A DNA stretch of 64,000 nucleotides from Eledone cirrhosa (GCA_964016885.1 OZ024747.1:84816001-84880000); one strand, 5' to 3'; shown: positions 36,241 to 50,135, counted from the stretch's first letter. The notes: generated by a model from the letters alone, not told the origin. Program-made: numbers and translations.

Positions 36241-36629
36241 ATATATATATATATACAGAGAGAGAAAGAGGGAGAGATACAGTTTTTGAATATCAATTTC
36301 TGGAGATTAATTAACACCAAAACTGGAAGCCTTATTTCTGAAATTCAATTATATGTGAACGCTATCAAATCTTGCTTCCTGACATTTGAGGTAAACTTGG
36401 TTTAACCCTTTAATGTTCAAAGCGGCCAGAATTCTCTACCTCTTTCTGTTGAAACTGGCTGTAACTAGTCACTCAAACTGATGTTAAGGTATTGTTCTCA
36501 AATTAAATACTTTCAAAATCTCATAGATTCGATATTATGTGAGGAAAAGCCTTTACCATGAAAATATAATAGTATATATAGAGTAATGTGAATGCTAAAG
36601 GGGAAAATTAAAACAAAGATGTTTTAGGA

Positions 36630-37185
36630 GGTTGCGTGCCACACTAAGTTGTGACACATCTAGAGATTGCTTGTGACGCACTAAAGGTTTGTGATGCACT
36701 AAAGTGTTGTGCCACACCTGAAGATTGTTGGTGACACGCTAAAGCATCGTGATACACCCAAAGATTGTTAGTGGCACACTAAAATGTTGTGACATTCCTA
36801 GAGATTACAGTTGACAAACTAAAGTGTGATACACCCAGAGATTTTTGGTGTGGGTCTAAATAGATGCGACACACCTAGAGATTGTTTGTGACACACTAAA
36901 GTGTTGTGAAACACTTCCAGCTGGTTAGTGACACTAAAGTGTTGTGATATATCTAGAGATTGTTGTTGACCCACTAAAGTGTTGTGATGCACCTAGAGAT
37001 TTTTGGTAACACACTGTGATACACATAGAGATTATTTGTTTCATCCTAAAGTGTTGTGACACACCTAGAGCTTGTTGGTGACATGCTAAAGTGCTGTGAT
37101 ACACCTATAGATTGACAAACTAAAGAGTTGTGGCATACCTAGAGAATCTTGGTGACACTCTAAAGTGTTGTGACACAATTTTGAC
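36630..37185. repeat. Degenerate ~40-bp minisatellite (dimer of related ~20-mers), ~14 units
   Basis: Consensus CACTAAAGTGTTGTGACACACCTAGAGATTGTTGGTGACA. Confidence 0.85.
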
Positions 37186-37731
37186 ACCTCTGTTGTAGAG
37201 TACAATTTAGCAGAAAATTACTAGTTAGTTAATTCACATTTTTATAGTATCTTTACTAATTGGCAAATCACTGAAAGTTTGTAGCTAACTAAAGTTAAGA
37301 CTATCACACTTAATGTGATGTATTCATTGTATTGTTTTATACTCTTCAGGAGTCTCTTACTAATATGGTTTCACGTGGTATTGGATGGTAAGAAAGATTA
37401 CTTTCTAGCAAGTAAACCACCACATTGAGGATTTGTCATTGACTTTCAGTGAGTTATACAAACCATATGGTACCTATATACAGCCAGTTAGACTGATCCA
37501 TTTGAGAATTATGTGTTCACCATAGAACAACATTGTTGATGACATGATACAAACTATGCTCAAACTAAACATCATCACTAAGCAAGTTCACTGTCCTCTG
37601 ATTCTCTTCTAGATAACAAGATCAATGTCATCTTATATCATACATGGCAGTCAATAAAATCAATAAGCAAACAAAGAGGTTGCTTAACCAGCTATAAACA
37701 GTAGCCAAATCTTCCTTAAATCATGCCCTAA

Positions 37732-38570
37732 TCATCATCGTTTAACGTCCATCTTCCATGCTAGCATGGTTTGTCCCACTTGAGGCAAGATTGGTTTGGT
37801 GACCGTGTCTCGCTCGTACAGAACTGTCTCTGGCAAGTTTTCTATGGATGGATGCCTTTCCCAACACCAACCACATTTACAGTGTTGACTGGGAGCCTTT
37901 TTACCGTGTCTCCTACACGACCACTTTACAGTGTAGACTGGGTGTTGTTTTCATGTCACCTACACGACCACTTTACAGTGGATGGAAGTGGGATATTTTG
38001 TGCTGGGTGCTTTCTGTTGTCCGACCCTTGCAAGCAGGGAAAAGCGGACGTAAAATGATGATGATGATGATGATGATGACCTACACGACCATTTTACAGT
38101 GTGGGTTGGAGGCTTCGCTGAATGTTTACTTCAGTTTTTCCTCATGAGAATGGGTGGGAAGGGGCAGGGTGGTACATGCTATATATATGCATCAGCTGTG
38201 GCCTGTGCCCATGGGAAGGTGGGTCTTCTGTATTACTGCACAACGCCAGAGATCTCTGTCCTGTTTCATCACCTTTGAGAAGCGCGATTTGGCAAGGTCA
38301 GCTTCTATCACCCATCCAACTCTATAAAGTAATAGTACTGATGCTATGATAAAAAACACCCAGTCCACCCTATCAAGTAGTAATGTCATGATAAAACACA
38401 CCTGGTACATGCCATGAAGTGGTTAGCTGAAGAAACCATGCTAGAATGGAACATATGAGTAACATGATGTCATCTGACATGTCTAGCCTCAGAATGTGAC
38501 AATCAGTCTAACCCATGCAAGCAAGGAAAATTTATGTAAAACAGTGGTGATGATAATGATGATGATGATG
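37732..38570. mobile_element. Nested RTE 3'-end/tail fragments in both orientations
   Basis: Minus-strand tail from 37732, plus-strand (GAT)n tails at ~38055 and ~38550, and an RTE C-terminus (DRDLWRCAVIQKTHLPMG) on the minus strand at 38192-38330. Confidence 0.75.
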
Positions 38571-39031
38571 CACAGTCATTATTTTGGAATGGTTGTGTTT
38601 TGAAAATCAAAATAGAAATTAAATTGAAACCATTTTATTATTGTTCCAAATACATTATGCAAAGGCATGAACATCACATCTAATTTATTTTTTGACATAA
38701 ATTTCAGGGTACTGTTTTTTATGTCAGATCCTTATATTTATAGTTAAAAGATGTGTAATTTAAGAAGATGAAAAGGTTGTAGTCACGTTTATTTTTCACT
38801 CTTAATATCCTGTAATGTTTTAGCAGATATATCTAAAATAAATTTGTTAATTCAAATGTTTATAGTACTTTTATTGGCGAACAGATCATTGTGAAAACTT
38901 GTAGCATTAAACTAAAGTAAAGATTTGAATTTTTAATGTGATACAGTGATAGTACTGCTTTATACTTTTTAAACATGTCTTGCTAATGTGGTATGATGTG
39001 GTATAGGACAGTAAGAGTTAAAGAAAGCTCT

Positions 39032-39430
39032 CATCATCATCATCATCGTTTAACGTCCATCTTCCATGCTAGCATGGGTTAGACGGTTTTGTTCCATTTG
39101 ATGCGGGAATGGTTCAGAGACCACGTCTTGCTCGCACGGAAGCGTCTCTGGTAGGTTTTTTTTACAGCTGGATGCCCTTCCAAACACCATCCACATTTAC
39201 AGTGTGGACTGGGAGCCTTTTCACTGTGTCTCCTACACCGTCACCTTACAGTGTGGACTGTTGTGTCATCGACACAGTGGACGGAACGGAATGGGAGAGG
39301 GGTGTACATTGAGTGAAGAGGTGCCTACTGACTGTAGGTTTGTCTGCAATCGTAGTCGGGTCTTCTGTACAACTGCATGGCGCCAAAGGTCTTGATCCAG
39401 TGTCATTGTCTTCGAGAGGTGTAGGTGGGC
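39032..39430 (-). mobile_element. RTE LINE 3' fragment
   Basis: Close reverse complement of ~7035-7450. Confidence 0.88.
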
Positions 39431-39559
39431 AAATATTTCTATTTTCGAGTATTTACTTAAAACTGATGATTTGGTAAAAGACTTGATTCAGTTTAGCTTG
39501 AAGCCAAAATTCTTTTTCTCTTCTTTTTTGCCCATTTATTCCTGAGATGGTCATGAGAG

Positions 39560-40170
39560 CAGAGTAATCAGACACATCTTGAGGGTCCTATCAGAATCAA
39601 CTGTCTCCAAATGATCCAGCTAGATATCTAAGCATGACCAACCGAGTTTATAGATGTTATCCAACCATCTTGCTCAGGGTTGGCCTTTGAATCTCCTGCT
39701 AATTGGCTTTGTCTGAAAAATCTGTCCAGTGATTCTTTCCTGAGACATTCTAACCACATGTCCATAGTACCAAAGCTGTGATCTCTCAATGTGAAGAAGT
39801 AGCAGCTCTACCTGGAGTGATTCTCAGATCTCTGAGCTATGCACTCTATCGAGTAACATTACTCTAAAAACCCTTCGGAGGAACCACATTTAGGCCGCTT
39901 GTATTCGTGATTATATTCTTTTAGTCATTACCCAAGATTCATGACCATAGATAAGGGTTGGCACGAATATCAAATTGAAGATAGCGAGGTTTGCTTTTAC
40001 ATCTACCTCCCTTTTTCTGATTACCCAATGCTGAAGCTGGCGCATTACTGCAACAGTTCCTGCGATTCTTGCACTTAATTCAGCCTCCTGCTTTCCATAA
40101 TTCATGAACACAGTCCCAAGATACTTGAACTTCTCCACCTGCTTCAGTGGAACTCCATTTACATGTAAAA
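39560..40170 (-). mobile_element. Degenerate RTE-clade RT C-terminal fragment of a different family
   Basis: VEKFKYLG...PTLIYGHESWVMT; further LWYYGHVVRMS near 39740-39780. Confidence 0.75.
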
Positions 40171-40259
40171 CTAGTTGCCTAACTTTTTAAAAACTTTTAT
40201 AATACTGTTTTTTGTTTGTTTGTTTGGGTTTTTAAAAAAAATACTATTTTGATGTATAA

Positions 40260-40470
40260 GGATGGTAGATTGGCAGGACTGGTAGACAGTTGGATAAAGG
40301 CTATTGCAGTATTAGTTCTGGCTCTTTGAATTTGGGGTTCAAATCCTGCTGAAGTCAATTTGCCCTTCATATTTCTGAGGTTGATAAAATAAAGTACCGT
40401 CAAGTACTGGACTTGGTTTAATCAAATTTACCCTTCCCCAAACATTTACTGGCCTTGTGTCAAATTAGAA
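40260..40470 (+). mobile_element. tRNA-derived Meta-like SINE; similar copies at 40840-40950, 41710-41830, 50415-50560 and 62010-62160
   Basis: GTTCAAATCC B-box, then GTCAA/GACTTTGCCTTTCATCC..GGGGTCGATAAAATAAAGTACC and GCTGGCCTTGTGCC. Confidence 0.8.
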
Positions 40471-43094
40471 ATCAATATTATTTTGATGTATTCAAAACCC
40501 ATTGCAATCAACTTTGTCTTCCATCCTTTCAGGGTCTTTAAAAAAAGTAACAGTAAAATATTTTTATCATTAATTTTTGTCCTTCCTAGATCTAGTTTAT
40601 TAATAATAAACAAATCGATTTCAAATAACAACAACACTACAGATGTTTAAAAACGGAAAATGAAGGGAAGGGCAAGGATCTGGGGTTACAGAAGTTTGGA
40701 AGGGGGTGTTGACGGGGATGAGCTCTAGGCCTAGGGCGCGGCGGTGTTGTGGTTACGGCCCGCGAACAAGTCTGCAAAATATTTGCTTAATTTAATCGAC
40801 TATCCCAACATTTCTGAACTTGTTAGAAACGATTATTATAAATCCCGCCGAGGTTGACTTTGCCTTTCATCCTTGCGGGGTCGATAAAATAAAGTACCAG
40901 TAATGCACTGAGTAATTGCTGGCCTTGTGCCTAAAGTAGAAACAATTATTATTTTAATGGGTTAAACACATGTCACCACATTTACTCATATATCACACAT
41001 AATGCATTGAATCTCAGCCACAAGCATTTATTTATTTATGTATACATTTTAAGCTATTCTATTTCTTTACTACAAGTATACATTTCGTCTCAGCGTTAGG
41101 GCGTTAAGTTTGATTTTGCAATTGCAGTCCTTATGGTCAACCGTAGTTTGGATTGGTTTGTGTTGGTAAGTAATCATACTCTCTTGAGGACATATACTGT
41201 TCACGTTACATGTTGAGTTGTATAGAAAAGGTTTAGAAAGCCGCTCCACCAATCAGTAACGACAACGTGTAAACTCTTACAATCAAGTCGTGTACACACA
41301 TAAATCTCATCAACCTATCTCAATTATTTTAGTCGCAAAGTTTGATATTATAAATCTACTACAACCGGCGATTTATTCTATGCATAAAGTTATACATGTT
41401 AGCACATACACTAATTTCCCCTACATTATGAAACATTAAAAGAAATACTGCGGGTTGTTTAAGTTATTTCCTTGAATAACACAAATAATAGCTATAATTG
41501 AATATGTTGAGTGTGTTATCAAACGTAAAAAGTGATTTATTGTATTCTATCCGTAAATATATCGTTTTTGGTGTTCAATATTCAGCCCATGCTGAATTTA
41601 AACCTTTTCATTACTACATATACATAAAACAAACACATCACACACAGACAGTATATATATCATGACAACACTTTCCTGACTTTTGTACATTATTCTATGT
41701 ACTATATGATCTGAGTTCAAATCCCGCCGAGGTTAACTTTGCCTTTCATCCTTACGGGGTCCATAAAATGAAGTACCAGTAATGTACTGGGTAAATTGCT
41801 GGCCTTGTGCCAAAAGTAGAAACAATTATTCTATGTACTATATATACATACACATTTGATGAGTTGTAGTGCACCCGAGCACTGTACATAACCATTTTTT
41901 TAAATTATTATATACATGTATGTATACCATAAACGCCCATAGACACGCATATTGATACAGACATCTGCGTTCGGGAGTGCGCGCGTAACCGTGAAAGTAG
42001 CGGGTGTTTTTGAGACCCCCTTCCAAATCCCTATTGTAATTAGCGTCATATGTTTGCGTATCACAACTTAGCACTTACTCCTGCCGCATTTTTTAGAGTC
42101 AACAAATCAAAAATGAAAGCAGTATGTAATATAACAATAAATGATAGTCGATGACCCCCTCATTCGTTTAAGTGACTGGAATGTAAATGTAACGAATTCG
42201 CTGAAATCTTCTGAGTCCTATTTGCCGTAAACAACGCCTGGAGTGGCATTGTATAGTCCAATATATAGACTTATAGAGCGTTGAAAGGGCTTTAATACTA
42301 ATGAGATAATTATTAGTATGACTTGTCAAACTGTGTTGAAGCTTACCGGTAGGCGTAAATAAATGGATTGTGATTAAATATAGAACTAAGCAGCGAATGT
42401 CAGATAATATCTTTGGTACATGAATACATTAAAAAAAGTTGATGGACTATGCTGAGAGCAAAGAAAAAAAATCAACATTTGATACGACTTGAAATTGACT
42501 AGAATCTTCAAACACAAACATGTTAGAATGTGCAATATGGTCTTCAACTAGATGTAGATATAACATATCTGGAGCTTATGGATATCTGTATATAACACTG
42601 AATCATTAGCTCGATTGCCTATGTACCGTACACAGGGTGCTCTCTCAAGAATGATTTGGGGCTATACAACAACTTAAAATTGTATTTGAAGATTGTTTTC
42701 ACGATTAGAACGGACACAAAAAAGTCGGTGAGTGTATCTTATATTGTGATGGATCTAAATTTCTGGTTATTTTCAAACAGTTCTGCTCGACGAATGCACA
42801 CAAATCATTGTCGATAGTGATGAAGATAATATACTACATTAGAATTGAGTCCCAGTGGGCAATAATCTTTTTTTTTTATACACATACATTGGGTAGAATC
42901 GTGAGAACGCTTGACAAAATGCTTTACATTTAGTTACGGTGGTTCTTTACGTTCCGAGTTCAAATCTCGGTCGATATTATCCACGTTTCTCTTTCCTTAA
43001 ATTGCTGGTATTGTGCCTAAACCAGAAACCGTTGAATACATTTGTGTATTTAAAATAAACTGAGCAAAAGAAATTTGATCAGATGTGTATGTCC

Positions 43095-43169
<75 letters not shown>

Positions 43170-43199
43170 ACATACACACGCATCCCTTCTAATAGCACC

Positions 43200-44780
43200 G
43201 AAATCTTCCTAAAAAATAACCTACTGTCGTCTTAAAAGGGACCCAGATAAACTAATCCAGGGTACACTATGTCTAAAACAGATAGGGTGGTCATGAATAG
43301 AATGCTTTTGATCATATGCCTGCTTGAAGTTAAACAATCATAACACCTATAAAAGCACAGCCACAATGCAAGGGAGTCTACGTATTCGCTCTACGTATAC
43401 ACTAAAAAGATCAATGGTCATGGCTATAATGCTTTTGATTATAGGTCTGCTTAATCTTAGAGTCCTGCATTTTTAAAATGCGTGATTTGAAGCGGAATGT
43501 GACTGCTATTTCTAGTTTGAGTGACCACATAAAAGCTCCTACGTTTGTTTGTTGGCATATGTCTACGATTTTGAGGGGTATACTCCCTTCAAGTTCTAGT
43601 TTTTGTATTGTTCCGTTACTTTAAGTACATTATGTATGTGTATATACCCGTAAGTCACATACATTTTATGTATTGGGCACTGCTTACTAAGATACTTAAG
43701 CAATTTGACATAGGGCCAATATTTCACATTTAGCCTCCGCCTATTACCAACTTTGAGGGTCTACATTTCCCATCTGGTCTGGGCCTAATCAGCAGATGTG
43801 TCCTTCATTTGCAGCTATTTCTAGCAAGTTTAGCGATCACTTGAAGATAGTTTTGGTGGCGGTGATATAAGTAACAGTGATGGAAGTGGTCCCCTTGTTT
43901 TTGTCATGGGCTATATTATCCAATGTGCCCTTCCTTCTTTATTTGAGATGGATGGGTATAATTTAATGGAGATTTGGTTGTGCTTTCTAACTCTGCATAT
44001 CGAGCACTCGCGTAAAGTCTCTTTCGTCACATGTGAACAAAGGTGACCATTTCGTCTTTTTGTATATCTAGGACTACATGTGTCCTCTTCTTTTAAGACG
44101 GAAGGGTGTGATTTAATGGAATATGGCTACTATTTCTCGCCGGTCGAATGACTACACAAAGGTTTCTTCGCTCAGCTGTTTGTGACGGTATTGGTAGTAA
44201 TAGTGGAAGGAGGGTCGCGATGTGATGGGGATAGTTGATGTGGTAGCATATGATAGTTGTTTAACCGTAGTTTAGTCCCTGATCATACACACCTACAACT
44301 GAGAACATTCCAACTATGACCATTCGCTTTTTTAGACATATGCCGGACTACATTATCTAATGTGTCTTTTCGTTTTTAATACGGTTAGTTATGATTTGAG
44401 AGAGAGATTTGGCTGCTATTTCTAGCACATTGAGAGTGCTGGTGGTAGTGTGATGGTAATGTTTAAGTTACACCATAAACAGACAAGGATGAAAAAGGGA
44501 TAGTAGAAGCGAAGAAAGGTTTTGAGATTAAGCGTTATACACATACACACGCAGTCATTAAAACATGTTTATACAAGTACTGTATTATTTTCACGTTGTA
44601 GTTTAGCCCCGGGTCAGATATAAAACAGCACATCTATGATCAAAGGTGTAACCACCCGTCTTCTCCCCCCACCATCCCCCAGTCATAGTGTATCTAGGAT
44701 AACATTATTCAACCTCTACTTTTTTAAGGGCGTGATATGTGAGGATCTGACTACAAATTTCTAGAAGGTTCCGCGACTAT
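43200..44780. repeat. Cluster of an ancient dispersed ~170-bp repeat (also at 30730-30890, 32140-32330 and 55395-55550)
   Basis: Recurrent GTTTAGCCC..GGTCAG...ACCTATGATCAAA...CTAGGACTACATT...GTGATTT..GG.GATTTGGCTGCTATTTCTAGC, in both orientations. Confidence 0.65.
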
Positions 44781-44937
44781 ATAGTGCAGTAATTTTAAAC
44801 ATTTTCTATCAACACTTGACAGAAGAACCCGAAAAGTTTTGACACACCATCAGCATTTTAAATAAATAAATAAATATAAATATATATATATAAAAATTAG
44901 AATTGGTGCTCTGAAATAGCTATATATATATGAATGT

Positions 44938-45082
44938 ATATATAGTGTATTTTGCAATACACTATATGCTTAATTAAAAGCATTTCAAAGACCTTAAGTG
45001 AGTCTGTCACTACTCTAAAACAATAGCATAAGGTCTTCAAAATGCTTTTAATTAAGCATACAGTGTATTGCAAAATACACTG

Positions 45083-45087
<5 letters not shown>
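44938..45087. repeat. Inverted repeat, ~59-bp arms with a 32-bp spacer (MITE-like), flanked by (TA)n
   Basis: 44938-44996 is the reverse complement of 45029-45087 with about four mismatches. Confidence 0.9.
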
Positions 45088-45113
<26 letters not shown>

Positions 45114-45215
45114 TCAGGTTATCAATAATGTAGTGATAATAAATCGTTACGTTAGAGATGAACAGCGTACGTGTAGGTTTGCTCAACGAGTATAAATTAT
45201 ATTCCGGAGAAAATG

Positions 45216-45707
45216 TAGAAAAGATGAATATAAAATGAAAGTGCTTTTTTTGAAAAGGAATTTATTAGGTACTGACATATGTTTCTGTAACAGACGGAAT
45301 ACCTATGTATCGCTGCTTGCGTAATCATATAATGTTAGCAAGTATAATGTTAGCAAGTATTCGATAGCAAATGTATAAACAGTTGTCACTTCTTCAGAGA
45401 TTTTGGATAAACTGGATAAAATCAGAAAAATTGAAGTATTTATATTAGTAATATATTAGTAATCTATCCCCTCCCTTATTCCCCTATTACTAATATAAAT
45501 ACTTCAATTTTTCTGATTTTATCCAGTTTATCCAAAATCTCTGAAGAAGTGACAACTGTTTATACATTTGCTATCGAATACTTGCTAACATTATATGATT
45601 ACGCAAGCAGCGATACATAGGTATTCCGTCTGTTACAGAAACATATGTCAGTACCTAATAAATTCCTTTTCAAAAAAAGCACTTTCATTTTATATTCATC
45701 TTTTCTA
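45216..45707. repeat. Long inverted repeat, 222-bp arms with a 22-bp spacer
   Basis: The right arm 45486-45707 is the reverse complement of 45216-45463, apart from 15-bp and 11-bp tandem duplications in the left arm. Confidence 0.95.
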
Positions 45708-45735
45708 TATATATATAGAAAAGATGAATATAAAA

Positions 45736-46930
45736 CCTGGAAGCAGGGACTAGAGAGAAAGGGCCTCAAAGTCAACATGACAAAGACTAAGGTCCTTATA
45801 AGTAGACGAGAAAACAGAACCCAGATCCCCTCAGGGAAATGGCCTTGCTCAGTATGTAGGAAAGGTGTAGGTAGGAACTCCATTCTTTGCCCCAAATGCA
45901 AACAATGGGTACACAAGAGATGTAGCGGGATCTCAGGAAGCTTAATTAAGAATGTAGGATTCACATGCAGCAGCTGTGCTGAAACAGCAAGCAAACAGCC
46001 ACAGGAAACAAGTACCACCAATCTCTGGGAGGGCCCTGTAGAAACAGTAGACAGCTTCTGCTACCTAGGTGACCGAATTAGCAACGGAGGTGGGTGCTCA
46101 GAAAGTACAATAACTAGGGTAAGAACGGGATGGAAGAAGTTTAGGGAACTACTACCACTGCTAGCTGCAAAAGGCTTCTCCCTCAGAATGAAAGGCAGAC
46201 TGTATGATGCGTGTATCCGAACAGCGATGTTGCATGGTAGTGAGACCTGGGCGCTGAAGGTGGAAGACTTACGTAGATTAGAGAGAAACGAAGCCTGCAT
46301 GCTCCGATGGATGTGTAACAGTAATATACGTGAACGACAAAGCATAAATGAATTGAGAGAGAGACTGAGCATAAGAGGAATCAAATGCTGCGTGCAGGAG
46401 AGGCGGTTACGCTGGTATGGACATGTGATGCGTATGAAGGATGACAGCTGCATAAAAAGGTGCAGAGCACTAGAAGTTGATGGAAACCGCGGAGTGGGGA
46501 GACCCAAGATGACTTGGGATGAGGTGATAAAAGCCGACCTTACCCAACTACACCTCTCAAAGTCAATGACACACGACCGTGACTTCTGGCGTCACGCAGT
46601 AATACAGGGTACCCGACCTCCCATGGGTACATGCTGAAGCATATAAACAATATGCCCCCCCCCCCCCCACCGCAAGGTGGTCGTGGAGGTGCCACGGCAA
46701 AAAAGCACCCAGCCCACACTGTAAAGTGGACGTGTAGGCGCCACGAAAAAGCACCCAGCACTCACTGTAAATGAGGTTGGTGTTAGGAAGGGCATCCAGC
46801 TGTAGAAATCAAGCCAGATCAGTTCCTGTATGAGCAAGGCATGGTCAGCCGACCAGACACTGCCCACAACAGGACAACCCGTCTAACCCATGCTAGCGTG
46901 GAAGAACGGACGTAAAACGGTGATGATGAT
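45736..46930 (+). mobile_element. 5'-truncated young RTE-clade LINE (open frame to the stop at 46637), 3' UTR and (GAT)n tail
   Basis: GLKVNMTKTKV, FCYLGD, MLHGSETW, RRLRWYGHVMR, GRPKMTW. The first ~30 codons of the listed ORF come from the flanking inverted repeat. Confidence 0.92.
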
Positions 46931-47022
46931 ATATATATATATATAACGAAGGAAATGTGGTAAGGAACCAGGTGGACCATAACGCACCAAAGTACTCAAT
47001 ACTTGAGGTAGTAGAGTGGGTA

Positions 47023-47106
47023 ATAGGAACCAGTAAGACCCCGACAGCTGAGCTCAAGCCGTCGAAACGGCTTGAGCTCAGCTGTCGGGGTCTTACTGGT
47101 TCCTAT
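47023..47106. repeat. Perfect palindrome, 40-bp arms with a 4-nt loop (CGAA)
   Basis: ATAGGAACCAGTAAGACCCCGACAGCTGAGCTCAAGCCGT, then CGAA, then the exact reverse complement. Confidence 0.97.
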
Positions 47107-47673
47107 ATATATATATATATATATATGTAGGAGGTGAGTTTTATTGTAGTACAATAAAGCAATGCAGATATCGGATAAGAAGCACTCTACAGTTTGTAGG
47201 ACTGGAGTATACATAATATATAAGAACATTAATTTTCAAATTCTTTTAATTTATACATTATTAATTTTCAAATTCTTTTAATTTATACATTATCTTCCAA
47301 CGGTTTTCAACCTCTCTATGTAAAACAATATATCTTTCTCAGTTATAAAAGCTATCTCTCTCTCTCTATCACCCATCTCTCCTCCTATCTCATCCTTCCT
47401 CATTATACTCCTGCCTCTCCACTTTTTACTCTCATCTCCTCCTCTTTTTCACCCCCCCCCCCTCAAAATAAATATTTTTCCCAATATCACACATCAATCT
47501 AAAACTACTTTTCATATGTTGATTTAAAACTGCACTATCCACAAGTGTTTTTTAACCTTCATATCATGTCTTCCTGTTTTATCTGATGAAAACACAAATA
47601 TTATTGCATGATGATATTTGTTTTTGAAATGCGCATAATAAAATACATGGAACTCTTTTAACCATCTTTTGTT

Positions 47674-48380
<707 letters not shown>

Positions 48381-49121
48381 AGGGCGATGGAAGTATTTCT
48401 GAATTAGGAGGTGGGAGCAAATTTGGTCAATTTATTTGAAGTGATTAATTTAGCTGTTATCAAATATCAATCAAAATATAAAAAAAACCTTCCCTATGCG
48501 ATAAACATAACATATACATAAATTGTAGCGCATATAAAAATATATTTGTGTTTTGGTATTTTGGTGAGAACTGTATATGCATATGCTCAGTTTCAGACGA
48601 TCCCGCTTAGAGTAAAAGCAGAAATTGTTTGCTAAAAGCTTTAATCTGTACCAATAATAAATATTTGCTCTACGGTTTTATATATATTTATAAATATACA
48701 ACATTTATGGAGTCCACTTTGGATTTCGGTTTTCGTATTTAATAATATTAATATTCGGTTCGTTTGTAAGTAAACAGCCGCATTATACCATGTGTTCAAG
48801 ACGACTAACATCATCCTTATGTTCCAGCAGTAGCAGAGAGAAAAAACAATCTACAATTGTTTCGTAGTTATTGCCCCTTATTAAGATCGTGTATTTCTCT
48901 CCCTTCTGCTACACTCTGGAACTGTTGCGAATATATAGTATTCTCTAAAGCAGTGGTTCCCAAAATGGGTTCCGTGTAAAAATGTAGAGGAGTATATTTA
49001 TATTATGACAATATAACAGTATTAGACTTTGGGGTTTCCCCAAAAGTTTCGAAACCAAAAAGGTTTCCACGTTTGAAAAAGTTTAGGAAATCCGGCTCTA
49101 AAGTATACACCGGCTGATCAC

Positions 49122-49204
<83 letters not shown>

Positions 49205-49859
49205 ATTAAAAAAAGTATATATGTATATATATATATATAACCCAGTCCTTTTATCCTTACGTTATAAAAGCACTCAATTAAAATATATATATATCTTGCC
49301 AATTTTAAATACTTTTTTTTAATATTCTGTAATTTTGGTGGATCGATAAAGTAAGTACCACACTGAAATGAGTTACGGGATCGATATATTCGACTAAAAC
49401 CCTTAAAGGCAGTGCCCGATCCAGCCGCAGTTCAATGACCGGAAACGGTAAAAGAATATATTTATAAACCCGCTACTGCAAGCGTGATTCAAGTTATTTG
49501 AAGCGTTAATAACATGTCTAAACAAATTAATCTTTTATGTCTCGTTTCTTTCATATTCACCTATGAGAAACAACATATACAAGATTGATCAATTTATGAG
49601 TTTCAATGAAAAAAGATCGTCTGATAAGAGTAATAAACACGACAGCCAGTGACAGGCAAGTGGCGGCATATCATTGGCGTTTCTAGTTCCCCCCTCTCTT
49701 CGTCTTTCTGTCTTATCCTCTCTGTCTTGCTACTTCTTCCGCACCACCTCCTCAAACAACACACCTCTTATCAACTATAATACGGCATGTATGTTTGTAT
49801 ATTTATATATACGTTTGTAACTCTTAAAATTTTCCACAAACATACACACAATGCATTTT

Positions 49860-50135
49860 CTAACCCAGGCTGCGCTGCACTTCTGGCGGCTGAGGAAGGT
49901 AAACTCTCCAAATATCGGTCGCTCTCCGACAGGTTTGCGGTCGATCTCGTAGCAGTGGAGACTTCTGGTGTCCTTGGCTCAAGGGCCACCTCCCTACTCA
50001 CCACCATATGCACAAAGCTGGCTACCCGCAGGTGTGAGCCTAGCTAGCTGGAATGGCTTTTCCAGCGTGTCTCCCTCACCATCCTCCGGGGAAACGCCTT
50101 CTCTATTCTGTCCACCGGGGGCGCTCCGCGGCCAC
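49860..50135 (+). mobile_element. CRE-clade non-LTR retrotransposon 3' fragment (restriction-like endonuclease)
   Basis: AALLAAEEGKLSKYRSL...VAVETSGVLG...*LEWLFQRVSLTILRGNAFSILST fits the KxxKY...VETxG...QRxSxxxxRGNA pattern of CRE elements. Confidence 0.75.

Noticed and set aside
37350-37388. Possible micro-exon (ESLTNMVSRGIGW) with good splice sites on +
   Set aside because: No convincing partner exons or recognisable protein; cannot be supported without transcripts.
45645-45735. N-terminus of the 330-aa ORF as genuine protein
   Set aside because: Derived from the inverted-repeat arm; LINE homology starts only at ~45736.
49197-49331. 22-bp inverted repeat
   Set aside because: Very AT-rich and low complexity, next to TA tracts; not informative.
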